From an uncultured bacterium (GTDB taxonomy: Bacteria > Hydrothermota > UBA3072): a DNA stretch of 64,000 nt. The notes under the pieces are model-generated. The model did no database searches and was not told the origin of the DNA. It was given only the letters and a program-made list of their open reading frames with translations. A program made the translations under genes and the position numbers. Within the stretch, counting starts at the first letter, position 1. Every line of letters begins with the position of its first letter. The stretch covers positions 4,826 through 68,825 of the forward strand of contig CAZKVT010000008.1 of assembly GCA_964556365.1 (NCBI GenBank). The letters are read 5' to 3'. Shown here one piece after another: positions 28,291 to 37,433 of the stretch.

Positions 28291-29801
28291 ACATTAAATA
28301 TAAAACCTTATCTAAAAACACTAAGAATTTTCTAAAAAAAAGAGAGGTTACGAATCAAAAAACCCTGGACAGATTTTTAATTCCCACTTTCGAAAATCTA
28401 CGTCCCGCTGATGACATTCTAAAAACCGGAGTTAAAAAGATAAAGAAAGCAATAAAAAAAGGGAAGAAACTCCTTATCTGGGGCGATGAAGACGTAGATG
28501 GTATTACATCGATTTTGATAATGAAATCATTATTTAAAAAAATATTCGGAATCGAAGTCCAACATTACATACCTGACAGAAGTAAAGAGGGATACAGTCT
28601 TTCTAAAAAAGGAATCGATAAGGCATATAAAAAGGGGACAAATTTAATATTAACCGTAGACTCGGGAACAAACAGCCGAAGGGAAGTAGAATATTTAAAG
28701 AAAAAAGGTATGGATATAATAATAACGGATCACCACGAAATAAAAAAACCATTGCCAAAAGCACCAATATTAAACCCAAAAATACACTCCTTTGGGTACA
28801 AATATCTCTGTGGCGCAGGCGTAGCTTTGAAATTCGCTGATTGTATGTTGTCTGAGCACTATGATAAAACTTCCACAGAATGGGCAAATAGTCTGCCTGA
28901 AATACCTGCCTATGCTTTTATCGGAACCCTTCTTGATAAAGTACCTCTACTCGACGAAAACAGGATAATATTTAATGAAGGGTTAAAGTATTTGAAAAAA
29001 TCTACCAATCCCCCACTTTCTTTATTATCAAAGAAAAAAAATATACAAAAAGCACTAACTCCTCTTGCTTCAGGAAGAGAAAATCTAACCTGGGATTTTT
29101 TTTCTGCCAGCTCGACGGATGAGGCAGAAGAAGTTTACGAGATGTTAAAAACCAAACACTCAAATTGGAACAAAACCGCGAGGGGAGAATTTTCTACTAT
29201 AAAAAAAGAACTAAACGGCGGGCACCTTGTTGTATTCAAAAAAAATATGAATTATAAAGTGGCAAGCAGCGTGGCAAACAGAGCGAAAGACTACACTAAA
29301 TTTCCTATATTTATCGTTTATATACTGGATTCTGAAATACGCGGACAAGGCAGAGGTCCTAATGACTTTGACCTGATTGCGGCATTAGATAAAGTAAAAG
29401 ACCTTCTAATAGAATACGGCGGACACAAGTGCGCGTGCGGCTTTAAACTAAAAAAAGGTAATTTGGACAAATTTAAAGAAAGAATGGAACCCCTATTAAA
29501 AGAATATAAGGCAAAAAACCCTTACGATTCAGAGTTAAAATTAGGTGAAATTACAACCGATTTAAAAAATCTGATAAAAAAGATAGGGCCTTTTGGACAC
29601 GGTAACCCTCCACCGGTTTTCCTTATTAAAAACCTCGATTACGAACAAAAAGGGAAGGATTATTTTCTTTACAACGAAAAATCGAAATTACGTCTCGATA
29701 AAGTAAAAGAAATGCCTCCTCCGTCCAAAAGAGTTGATGCTTATTTAGAAATCAAAGACGGAAAAACAATATTAAAGAGATGGGAATGGACAAAAGACTA
29801 A
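28287..29801 (+). CDS. recJ: RecJ-like DHH-family single-stranded-DNA exonuclease
   Basis: 504 aa; DHH motifs GDEDVDGITS, TVDSGT, ITDHH and GGHKCACG. Confidence 0.75.
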   Translation: MNIKYKTLSKNTKNFLKKREVTNQKTLDRFLIPTFENLRPADDILKTGVKKIKKAIKKGKKLLIWGDEDVDGITSILIMKSLFKKIFGIEVQHYIPDRSKEGYSLSKKGIDKAYKKGTNLILTVDSGTNSRREVEYLKKKGMDIIITDHHEIKKPLPKAPILNPKIHSFGYKYLCGAGVALKFADCMLSEHYDKTSTEWANSLPEIPAYAFIGTLLDKVPLLDENRIIFNEGLKYLKKSTNPPLSLLSKKKNIQKALTPLASGRENLTWDFFSASSTDEAEEVYEMLKTKHSNWNKTARGEFSTIKKELNGGHLVVFKKNMNYKVASSVANRAKDYTKFPIFIVYILDSEIRGQGRGPNDFDLIAALDKVKDLLIEYGGHKCACGFKLKKGNLDKFKERMEPLLKEYKAKNPYDSELKLGEITTDLKNLIKKIGPFGHGNPPPVFLIKNLDYEQKGKDYFLYNEKSKLRLDKVKEMPPPSKRVDAYLEIKDGKTILKRWEWTKD

Positions 29802-30979
29802 AATTAGATAAAAATCTTCTCATACTTCTTGCCCTATTGTTGGCGGCAGGAGTTTTTTTGCAGTATACGGCGAACTATCCCGGAGACCAAACTTTCTTCA
29901 AAAACCATCTAATATGGATAGGGATATCACTTATTGCCGGCTTTTTGGTTCTTTTTTTTCCTCTCCACATATTTAAAGATATTGCGTCTATATTATACGT
30001 AATAGGCATAATACTTCTTGTTATCGTTCTTTTTTTACATGGAACCGACGGCAGATGGATTAGAATCGGCACATTTCAATTCCAATCTTCCGAAATAGCA
30101 AAACTATTTTTTATAATATTCATGGCTAAAAATTTTTCAAAAATCGATAACAAAAAAACATACATGAATGATTTGAGGGCACCTATTTTATTTGCCGCAA
30201 TTCCTACACTCCTTGTTTTTATAGAACCCGATATAGGTACGTCGGCAATTTTCGTACTCATTTTTTTAGGCATGGTTGGAACTCTTAATATGAGTGTTCC
30301 CCGTTACGTCCTTTTCATATCACCATTAGTTTCTCTTTTATGCGGATTTAATCTTATCTCCTGGATTTTATTCATGATACTGCTCGTAGTCACAATAATA
30401 TTATCGGACCTGGACCTGCGTTCTTCAATAGGAATCTTCCTTTTAAATTCAGCCATAGGAGCTTTTACCCCCATTATAGAGAGTTTTCTAAAACCATATC
30501 AAAAAGCCAGACTTTTGAACTTCTTGAATCCTTCCCTGGACCAAACGGGAGCGGGCTGGCAATTACTCCAATCGAAAATCTCTATAGGTTCAGGAGGAAT
30601 AATTGGAAAAGGTTATCTCAACGGGATCATAAAAAATCTGGGGTTTTTACCTCAAACAAGAACGGATTTCATTTTTGCCGTTTTAGGTGAAGAGTTCGGA
30701 TTTCTGGGAATTCTCTTCATTTTAACACTCTTTACTCTATTTCTCTTTAGAATCATGTGTATAGCAAATCACGCGCAGAAATCTTTCGGAAAGTTTCTTG
30801 CATACGGCATATTCTTTTACTTTCTATCTCAAATAACGATTAATATCGCTATGACCGTAGGACTCCTACCGGTTGTAGGCTTACCTCTTCCTTTTATAAG
30901 CTACGGCGGTACATCACTTTTCATCTCAACTATTGCGGTAGCCATTTTAATCTTAGTGAAAAATGATTCCATTGTTTAG
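29780..30979 (+). CDS. rodA: SEDS family protein (RodA/FtsW)
   Basis: 399 aa, ~10 TM; FQFQSSEIAKL, PDIGT, TDFIFAVLGEEFGF, LPLPFISYGGTS. Confidence 0.85.
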   Translation: MGMDKRLKLDKNLLILLALLLAAGVFLQYTANYPGDQTFFKNHLIWIGISLIAGFLVLFFPLHIFKDIASILYVIGIILLVIVLFLHGTDGRWIRIGTFQFQSSEIAKLFFIIFMAKNFSKIDNKKTYMNDLRAPILFAAIPTLLVFIEPDIGTSAIFVLIFLGMVGTLNMSVPRYVLFISPLVSLLCGFNLISWILFMILLVVTIILSDLDLRSSIGIFLLNSAIGAFTPIIESFLKPYQKARLLNFLNPSLDQTGAGWQLLQSKISIGSGGIIGKGYLNGIIKNLGFLPQTRTDFIFAVLGEEFGFLGILFILTLFTLFLFRIMCIANHAQKSFGKFLAYGIFFYFLSQITINIAMTVGLLPVVGLPLPFISYGGTSLFISTIAVAILILVKNDSIV

Positions 30980-31688
30980 GCTTGTTTCCGATCTAGAAGA
31001 ATTTGTTTATCCTCCTTTATGTCCAATTTGCAAGAATGAAATAAAAGAATCAAAAATTGTTTGCCAAAGATGTTTTGATAGAATTTATTCTGTTTCGCGT
31101 AAACAATGTAAAATCTGCGGCAAACCAATAAAGCGTGGAAGTATATGCACAAAATGTAAGAAAAACCGCCCTTCTTTCGATACCATAATAAGTTGCGGCA
31201 GTTATGTGGCTCCGCTATCCGATATAATCAAACTTTACAAGTTTAAGAATAGACCTTCTCTTTCGGTAAAACTCACGCGAAAACTTTACACAATTTACAG
31301 TTCCCATGCCGATATAAAAGATACAAATTATATCACCTGGGTACCAATGAGAAGAGTTGAAACACGAGAAAGAGGATATAACCAAAGCCAGCTACTGGCT
31401 TTGGAATTTTCCAAAATCTCTTCACTAAAAAGCATAGATTTCTTATATAAAGCAGCCAACATTCCCTCTCAGACAACTTTGCCTTATGCGCAAAGAATAA
31501 ACAATGTAAGAAACGCTTACAAAATAAGAAAAAAGGCTTTAAACTCTTTCAACGGAAATCCTGAAAAAGGCATTATTTTAATAGACGATGTTTTAACAAC
31601 AGGAAGTACTATAAACGAATGCGCAAAAAGACTAAAAGAAGCCGGTTTCAAAAAAGTTATAGGACTTGTCCTGGCTATTTCTCCTTGA
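30963..31688 (+). CDS. comF: ComF family phosphoribosyltransferase-like protein
   Basis: 241 aa; N-terminal Cys4 zinc ribbon (CPICK...CQRC, CKICG...CTKC), PRTase motif ILIDDVLTTGST. Confidence 0.8.
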   Translation: MIPLFRLVSDLEEFVYPPLCPICKNEIKESKIVCQRCFDRIYSVSRKQCKICGKPIKRGSICTKCKKNRPSFDTIISCGSYVAPLSDIIKLYKFKNRPSLSVKLTRKLYTIYSSHADIKDTNYITWVPMRRVETRERGYNQSQLLALEFSKISSLKSIDFLYKAANIPSQTTLPYAQRINNVRNAYKIRKKALNSFNGNPEKGIILIDDVLTTGSTINECAKRLKEAGFKKVIGLVLAISP

Positions 31689-31926
31689 CCAAACGATTAA
31701 ACTGAGCTTTTTTCCTTGCTGCCGTATTCTTATGAAGAACTCCTTTTTTCACAGCTTTATCCACAGCTGAGTAAGCCACTTTAAGAAGCTCTTCTGCTTT
31801 TTTAGGGTCTTTCTCCTCTCTTAACTTCCTTGTAATGTTCTTGATCCTGGTTCTGATGCTTTTATTTCTTTTCCTGTTTTCTTCTGCTATTCTAACCCTT
31901 TTTTTTGCTGATTTTATATTTGGCAC
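31675..31926 (-). CDS. rpsT: 30S ribosomal protein S20
   Basis: 83 aa; MPNIKSAKKRVRIAEENRKRNK; 3' end overlaps comF by 14 nt (convergent). Confidence 0.93.
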   Translation of the reverse strand: MPNIKSAKKRVRIAEENRKRNKSIRTRIKNITRKLREEKDPKKAEELLKVAYSAVDKAVKKGVLHKNTAARKKAQFNRLVKEK

Positions 31927-31953
31927 TAAACCTCCATTAAGTTTTTATTTCTA

Positions 31954-32025
31954 AGGCGGCACCCGGATTCGAACCGGGGGATAACGGTTTTGCAGACCGT
32001 TGCCTTTCCACTTGGCTATGCCGCC
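31954..32025 (-). tRNA. tRNA-Cys (anticodon GCA)
   Basis: Hand-folded: GGCGGCA/TGCCGCC acceptor, ACGGT-CTGCAAA-ACCGT anticodon arm, CCGGTTCGAATCCGG T-arm; no encoded CCA. Confidence 0.9.
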
Positions 32026-32036
32026 AACCTAAAAAA

Positions 32037-32108
32037 AGCGGGAAACGGGATTTGAACCCGCGACTTTCACCTTGGCAAGGTGACGCTCTCCCACTGAGCT
32101 ATTCCCGC
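32037..32108 (-). tRNA. tRNA-Gly (anticodon GCC)
   Basis: Hand-folded: GCGGGAA/TTCCCGC acceptor, TCACC-TTGCCAA-GGTGA anticodon arm, GCGGGTTCAAATCCCGT T-arm; no encoded CCA. Confidence 0.9.
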
Positions 32109-32114
32109 ATGGGT

Positions 32115-32144
32115 TTAATATAATAATTGTGTCCTCTTTGTCAA
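32115..32144 (-). promoter_or_regulatory. sigma-70-type promoter of the tRNA-Gly/tRNA-Cys pair
   Basis: Minus strand gtcTTGACA (32144-32139), ~17-18 nt, TATTAA; the predicted transcript start falls at the tRNA-Gly 5' end. Confidence 0.5.
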
Positions 32145-32149
32145 GACAC

Positions 32150-32470
32150 CCCTCACACCTCAAAAAATTATTAGCCACGGATTAACACAGATTTACACTG
32201 GATCACCCAACCACTCCCCATTATTTTTTTGTTTTACTAAATCCCAATCCCTAAATCCTAATCTAACCACAGAGGACACAGAGACAATAAAAGGATTAGA
32301 AGCAATGTAGGCTAGCAGTTCAGGAATTAGGGACTAAGTGGCATACTAAAATATAGTCCAATGTCCAGAGTCCATAGACCAATGCCTTTCCCAATCCAAC
32401 GACCCAACAGACAAAAATCTAAATCCCAACCCCCAAATCCCAAATCCTAAAACAGCTATTTAACTAAGAT
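32150..32470. repeat. intergenic region made entirely of mosaic short-repeat modules
   Basis: CCACGGATT AACACAGATT TACACTGGAT; AAATCCCAATCCCTAAATCCTAATC. 32266-32302 matches 43951-43987 at 36/37 nt. TAGTCCAATGTCCAGAGTCCATAGAC; CCAATCCAACGACCCAAC; AAATCCCAACCCCCAAATCCCAAATCC. Confidence 0.8.
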
Positions 32471-32484
32471 TCGGCGAAGCTTTT

Positions 32485-32676
32485 TTATTCCTCTTCGATT
32501 ATAATCGCTTCAGTTGGACAGGAATCGGCTACTTCCTCACAATCACAGCCGTTACATCCTTCTTTGCCTATAACCTCAGCTTGCCCATCATCCCCAATAC
32601 CAAAAACCCGAGGACACATTTGGACGCAAACTTCACAACCTATACATAATTTTTTATCTACTCTCGGCATAATCAT
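32485..32676 (-). CDS. fdx: small 4Fe-4S ferredoxin
   Basis: 63 aa; CIGCEVCVQMCP ... CDCEEVADSCP Cys pattern. Confidence 0.85.
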   Translation of the reverse strand: MIMPRVDKKLCIGCEVCVQMCPRVFGIGDDGQAEVIGKEGCNGCDCEEVADSCPTEAIIIEEE

Positions 32677-32879
32677 TATTCCTCCATTTTTTTATTTTTT
32701 AAAGAAAAACTTAATATACATAAACAAAATATAAGTATTTCTTTTTAGTCAACCCTATCATGTTTTTTTACCTAAGATAGAAGAAAACCCGAACACAACT
32801 GAAAGAATAAATTTCCTATAGAACAACCCAAAGGGATTCTGGTTCCTAATACGAAAAAAAATGGAGAGGGTGTCTTGAA

Positions 32880-34082
32880 TTAACCTAAAGACTTAATATA
32901 CTCTCCGAATTCCCTACCAAACGCTTCACCGCTCGACAGTTCATCGTCCGTAGGCATGCCTATGAATTCAAACGAATCAGTTAGCTGCCAATTTATAGGT
33001 TCTACTATTTCCTTAATTTCCTTTAAAGCTCCACCGCTCCAACCGTAACTCCCAAACATCGCAAACCTTTTATTGTTTATGCTCTTAAGTTCTGCCATCC
33101 TAAGTACATTAGCCATAGTCGGGAAAAGTCCTGCCTCGTAGGTCGGCGCACCCACCATTACACCGCTATTCATCCACAAAGATGGCAATATGTAACTAAC
33201 ATGAGTCCTGGAAACGTCAAATATTTCAATAAGAATACCTGTCTCCGAAATACCCTGTGCTACCGTATTCATCATACTTTCAGTGTTTCCGTACATCGAA
33301 CCGTAAATTAAGGTAACTCCGGGATCGGCTTGCTCACTCGCAAAACTCGCAAGTTTTTTATATAATTCTACGATCGTACCAGGATTTTTCCTCCATACTC
33401 TTCCGTGAGAAGGAGCAATTATCTCGACAGGTACATCTTTTAGCTTATCTATCGCCTTAAGGACCATTTTACTGAATTTGGCCACGATATTAACGTAATA
33501 ACGGACAGCTTCTTTCTTGTAAAAATCCAGATTCGTGCATTCATCATCAAAAAGACTCCCTCCGAGAGCACCATAACTTCCAAAAGCATCGCAGGAAAAA
33601 AGTATCTTGTTGGAAACCTCATAAGTCATAATTGTCTCAGGCCAATGAACCATTGGTGTGGAAAAGAATTTTAGCGTCTTATCCCCCAGAGAAATTTCAT
33701 CCCCATCTTTCACAACTTCTACTTTATCTTTTATTCCGTAAAATTCTTCCAGCATTTTTTTTGTTCTCTCCGAGCCCAATATTACCGTCTGAGGAGAAAT
33801 CTTCCTGAAGGTTCGAATTACTCCCGAATGATCGGGCTCCATATGATTGATCACCATATAATCTATTTCAGTCACATCCACAATTTTATTGATATTGTCG
33901 AAGAACTCATCACCTTTAAGAGATTTAGTTAAATCTATTATGGCTTTTTTCTTATCATTGATCAAATAGGAGTTATAAGATACTCCTTCCTTTGTTATAG
34001 GCCACAGACCTTCAAACAAATCGGTTGTACGGTCGTCGACACCTATCCAGTAAATATCTGATTTCAATTCAACTGGCAACAT
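32880..34082 (-). CDS. fprA: FprA-type flavodiiron protein (metallo-beta-lactamase + flavodoxin domains)
   Basis: 400 aa; di-iron site HMEPDHSG, C-terminal flavodoxin-like YGSMYGNTE. Confidence 0.85.
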   Translation of the reverse strand: MLPVELKSDIYWIGVDDRTTDLFEGLWPITKEGVSYNSYLINDKKKAIIDLTKSLKGDEFFDNINKIVDVTEIDYMVINHMEPDHSGVIRTFRKISPQTVILGSERTKKMLEEFYGIKDKVEVVKDGDEISLGDKTLKFFSTPMVHWPETIMTYEVSNKILFSCDAFGSYGALGGSLFDDECTNLDFYKKEAVRYYVNIVAKFSKMVLKAIDKLKDVPVEIIAPSHGRVWRKNPGTIVELYKKLASFASEQADPGVTLIYGSMYGNTESMMNTVAQGISETGILIEIFDVSRTHVSYILPSLWMNSGVMVGAPTYEAGLFPTMANVLRMAELKSINNKRFAMFGSYGWSGGALKEIKEIVEPINWQLTDSFEFIGMPTDDELSSGEAFGREFGEYIKSLG

Positions 34083-34090
34083 CTTACCTC

Positions 34091-34711
34091 CTATAAATCA
34101 TTAGATTCGATTATTTCTATTCCTTTTTCTTTCATAACACTCAAAGATTTATCTATATTCCCTTCCGGTGAATCTATTCCTTTTGTTCCATCGATTATAA
34201 TATAAGTCTCGAATCCCAATTCCTTTGAATCCATCGCGGAATAGAAAACACAGTAATCGAGCGCCAGTCCACAGAAGTAAGTCTTACTGACACTAAGATT
34301 TCTTAAATATCCTTCGAGACCTGTTAAAGTCTTTTTATCATTTTCTCTGAAAGTAGAATAAGAGTCGATTTTTGGATTGCTTCCTTTTCTCAAAATTAAA
34401 TTAAATTTTTCCGTATCAAGCTCGGGGTGAAATTCCGCGCCTTTAGTTCCCGGAACACAATGCTTTGGCCAGAGTACCTGTTCTATTCCCTCGTAACTGA
34501 TAACATCATACTCTTTTTTATCCGGGCGGCTAACGGCAAAAGACACGTGATCGGGAGGATGCCAATCCTGCGTAGCAACTATCTTTTTGAACCTGCCGGA
34601 TAATTTATTTATCACGGGAATAATCTCATCTCCGTGGGGAACAGCCAATGCCCCACCCGGGCAAAAATCATTCTGCACGTCGATTATAATTAAAGCTCTA
34701 TTTTCTTTCAT
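34091..34711 (-). CDS. pncA: nicotinamidase/pyrazinamidase (isochorismatase family)
   Basis: 206 aa; ALIIIDVQNDFCPGGALAV, WP.HCV, catalytic Cys in YFCGLALDYCV. Confidence 0.85.
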   Translation of the reverse strand: MKENRALIIIDVQNDFCPGGALAVPHGDEIIPVINKLSGRFKKIVATQDWHPPDHVSFAVSRPDKKEYDVISYEGIEQVLWPKHCVPGTKGAEFHPELDTEKFNLILRKGSNPKIDSYSTFRENDKKTLTGLEGYLRNLSVSKTYFCGLALDYCVFYSAMDSKELGFETYIIIDGTKGIDSPEGNIDKSLSVMKEKGIEIIESNDL

Positions 34712-34743
34712 TAATCCTCCAAAAAACTTTTAATTAAAAAATT

Positions 34744-34914
34744 CTACAATCCATTCTCTTTCATCACTACTATTGAATTCGGATTTATCCCCGCAGGCTC
34801 GGTTCCAGCGCTAAAAACTTCATATCTGTCATCATACAAATTTCGGAGCAATCCTTCCGCCATCTGTGAACGCGACGAGTTGTGTGTGCATAAAAACAAT
34901 ACTCTTTCCTTCAC
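34744..34914 (-). pseudogene. N-terminal fragment of an ArsC/LMW-PTP-type arsenate reductase
   Basis: GTG at 34914 after GAGGAG. VKERVLFLCTHNSSRSQMAEG...SAGTEPAGINPNSIVVMKENGL then stop: only ~56 of the ~135 aa expected; the pncA RBS follows immediately. Confidence 0.6.
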
Positions 34915-34941
34915 TTTATAACTCCTCAATATAGACTATAT

Positions 34942-35394
34942 TCAGTCCAGCACGATAAGTTTGCTTACTCTCGCGTTCTCCTTTATATTTATTCCGTTCT
35001 TTCCTATATAAAGGATCGTACTTATTTTTCCTTTTTTCTGTAATACCCTGGTAGGATGAGAAGCTCCGTTTTCAATTAACCTTTCAGAAGGCTGTAATAT
35101 CACCAATTTATCTTCAGGAATAATATCCTGCAATTTTTCATTGAACTCAACAAAATACTCCCCCAAACTAAGATCCCACCAACCGTATTTATCCTCGGAT
35201 TTCCGCTTAACAGGTTTGATTATTTCTTTTTCGCTTTCCTTATATTCACTTCCGCCAAAATCGATTTCACCTTTAGTTGTAAGACGAAAAATCTTGCTGA
35301 CAGTAAGATAGATGCTATCTCCCTCGACCTGTTTCTTTTCATAAATGATATTTTCTATAAAACTTAGAATATCCCCGCCAGTTTCTCTTTTCAT
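34942..35394 (-). CDS. hypothetical protein, possibly dCTP deaminase/dUTPase-like fold
   Basis: 150 aa; the pattern L..GEY.VEF.E......D....I.P.S.L...G........D.G.KG.I.....G..GI.I...ARV..L is reminiscent of the DCD/dUTPase beta-barrel; weak. Confidence 0.3.
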   Translation of the reverse strand: MKRETGGDILSFIENIIYEKKQVEGDSIYLTVSKIFRLTTKGEIDFGGSEYKESEKEIIKPVKRKSEDKYGWWDLSLGEYFVEFNEKLQDIIPEDKLVILQPSERLIENGASHPTRVLQKKGKISTILYIGKNGINIKENARVSKLIVLD

Positions 35395-35431
35395 ATAACC
35401 TCTTTATTCATACGTCCTATTTCTTCTCTAA

Positions 35432-35914
35432 TCAAAGTTTATACCCGATTTTTCTCAGCAAGTCTTTTCTCTCGTTAATATCTTTTTCCCCTTCCACCCC
35501 AAGAGGTTTCTCTCCATCGAGAACTCCAATTATTCCCCTTTGCTCCCCTTCTTCAGCAACAATAACTTTAAGAGGATTCGCTGTAGCGGCGTAGAGATAA
35601 AGAACTTCATCCACAGCCCGGAGTGACTTCATAATATTTATAGGGAAAGCATTTCCCAGGATAAGAACAAATGAGTGTCCCGCCCCAATCTTCTCGGCAT
35701 TTTTTATTGCAAGTTCCTCAAGGTCTTTATCCGTACCAGTATGGCGAATAAGCCTTGCACCGGAAGCCTCACAAAAAGCAAGACCAAACTTAATCATGGG
35801 CAAGGAAGTAACAAGAGCTTCATGAATATCTTCTACGGTTTTAATGAAATGGGTCTGACCTATTATCACGTTCGCATTTTCGGGGCTTTCTATATCGATT
35901 AATTTCATTTCCAT
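35432..35914 (-). CDS. adenosine-specific kinase-like protein (PF04008-type)
   Basis: ORF listed from 35926, but that TTG lies inside the GGAGG RBS, so the ATG at 35914 (MEMKLIDIE) is preferred. GQTHFIKTVEDIHEAL...FGLAFCEASG...GAGHSFV recalled from this family. Confidence 0.5.
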   Translation of the reverse strand: MEMKLIDIESPENANVIIGQTHFIKTVEDIHEALVTSLPMIKFGLAFCEASGARLIRHTGTDKDLEELAIKNAEKIGAGHSFVLILGNAFPINIMKSLRAVDEVLYLYAATANPLKVIVAEEGEQRGIIGVLDGEKPLGVEGEKDINERKDLLRKIGYKL

Positions 35915-35954
35915 AATTACCTCCAATTGTTAATTCCATAAAACTAAATAATAA

Positions 35955-36065
35955 TGTCTTTGACTATTCTCCTCCCCACCCTATTCTTAACAACAAATAG
36001 CACAAATCACACAAATTTTTTTTGACTAATGACTTTGGACATTGGACTCTGGACTAATAGAGTAT
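35955..36065. repeat. mosaic short-repeat module overlapping the 3' end of comEA
   Basis: CCTCCCCACCC...AGCACAAATCACACAAAT then GACTTTGGACATTGGACTCTGGACTAAT (7-nt GGACnnT period); the last ~12 codons of the comEA ORF are read from it. Confidence 0.7.
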
Positions 36066-36418
36066 TCGGTTGATTCGTTGTTTCTTTCTTTTTTAATTTC
36101 ATTTGGCTGCTTAACACAAATTTTATTCTTAATTTTCTCGAATTTAACTTTTCCTATACCTTTAACTTCCAATAATTCCTTCTTAGTCTTAAATCCCTCT
36201 TTTTTCTCTCTGTATTTCAATATTCTCCCCGCGGTAACCGGACCAATATTAGGTAGGAGAACCAATTCTTTTTTCGTCGCGGTGTTAATATTTATAGGAA
36301 AAGAAATATGTTTTTTCTCCTCTTTCAAAGGTTCCTCGCGCAGGAAACTTGCCAAACTGCCGCCAATCAGTACGATTATAATAAAAATAAGTACTCTTCT
36401 TTCAGAATTAGTCAGCAT
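36026..36418 (-). CDS. comEA: ComEA family helix-hairpin-helix DNA-binding protein
   Basis: 130 aa; N-terminal TM, INTATKKELVLLPNIGPVTAGRILKYRE...ELLEVKGIGKVKFEKIK. Confidence 0.8.
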   Translation of the reverse strand: MLTNSERRVLIFIIIVLIGGSLASFLREEPLKEEKKHISFPININTATKKELVLLPNIGPVTAGRILKYREKKEGFKTKKELLEVKGIGKVKFEKIKNKICVKQPNEIKKERNNESTEYSISPESNVQSH

Positions 36419-37433
36419 ATCTTATACCCACATAATATACAGGTTCTCGAAAATTATCATTCGGCGCCCAGGACAAATTCGAAAGTGAAACAAAAGGCGA
36501 AATCTTTGTTGTGAGCCATAAGGAAAAACCTCCTCTAATATATTTCTTTGGAGTAAGATAACCGGTAAGTGAAATTTTGGATTCGAAAAAGCCTAACCGG
36601 CCAGTAGCGTAAACCTTTCCGAATCTTCTTATAAGACCTCTGTCCTGACAAAAGTATTGAAAGCCGAAGTTTTTTCTTTCAAATTCGATATTCGCGAAAT
36701 AAGCCTCTCCTTCCCTCCAGCTTAATGTATCCTGTCCCTCCGCGTAAATATATCTTCGACCCCCATCAAACTTAAAATCAAGAAAATTTATTCTTGCTCC
36801 ATGAAAAACACCTACCCTCGGCATAAGATTTTCCACAGGATAAAAAACCACAGGAAAACGCTCTCTAAACCTTCCCGCTTTAATTTCCCCCAAATCATTC
36901 ACCAGACCAACGCACCTTCTTTCTTTTCCCAACTCTCCTCTAAGTCCCACAAACTGAACAGTTAAACCGTAATCCAGACTTTCCCTATAGTTTGTCCATC
37001 CTCCGATAAAAAAAGGTCCAAGTAACTGGTAGAAACGCATTCCAACATCGGCTATAATAGAATCACGAAAACTATACGCTTCAAACCAACTAAGGAGATA
37101 CCCTCCTTCTTCTAAAAACCATTTCCAACCTGTCGTTTTTGAAAATTCAATATCATCCCAATATACATAATCAGTCTTCAAAGAATAAGACAGGGATTTA
37201 ATAGATGCTCTTAGCCGATAATGATCCGAAAAATCTCTCTCTCTTAAACTCTCAAATTCTAAATCACAAAATTTAAATGCTGCATAATTGTAATCAATTT
37301 CACGGTTAGAAGCTAAATTTATCCAATTTCTTTCTATCTTATTGAACCATTCGATTTCAGGCTTTACTTCAGGATTAGGCAAAACCGGAACAAATACATC
37401 TTCTTCGACGAAAAGCAAAATTAGAATTAGCAT
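36408..37433 (-). CDS. hypothetical protein (aromatic-rich, possibly outer-membrane beta-barrel)
   Basis: 341 aa, alternating aromatic/polar pattern, ends YYVGIRYAD; overlaps both neighbours; no family recognised. Confidence 0.3.
   Translation of the reverse strand: MLILILLFVEEDVFVPVLPNPEVKPEIEWFNKIERNWINLASNREIDYNYAAFKFCDLEFESLRERDFSDHYRLRASIKSLSYSLKTDYVYWDDIEFSKTTGWKWFLEEGGYLLSWFEAYSFRDSIIADVGMRFYQLLGPFFIGGWTNYRESLDYGLTVQFVGLRGELGKERRCVGLVNDLGEIKAGRFRERFPVVFYPVENLMPRVGVFHGARINFLDFKFDGGRRYIYAEGQDTLSWREGEAYFANIEFERKNFGFQYFCQDRGLIRRFGKVYATGRLGFFESKISLTGYLTPKKYIRGGFSLWLTTKISPFVSLSNLSWAPNDNFREPVYYVGIRYAD

Noticed and set aside
31675-31688. 14-nt 3'-end overlap of convergent comF and rpsT, and the 4-nt gap between the convergent antiporter and M42 genes (45164/45169), as possible antisense regulation
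   Set aside because: Compact genome; no hairpin or other signal, so nothing beyond tight packing can be claimed.
32150-32470. Considered whether the short tandem arrays are CRISPR arrays
   Set aside because: Units are 7-9 nt, degenerate and contiguous with no unique spacers, and there are no cas genes; not CRISPR.
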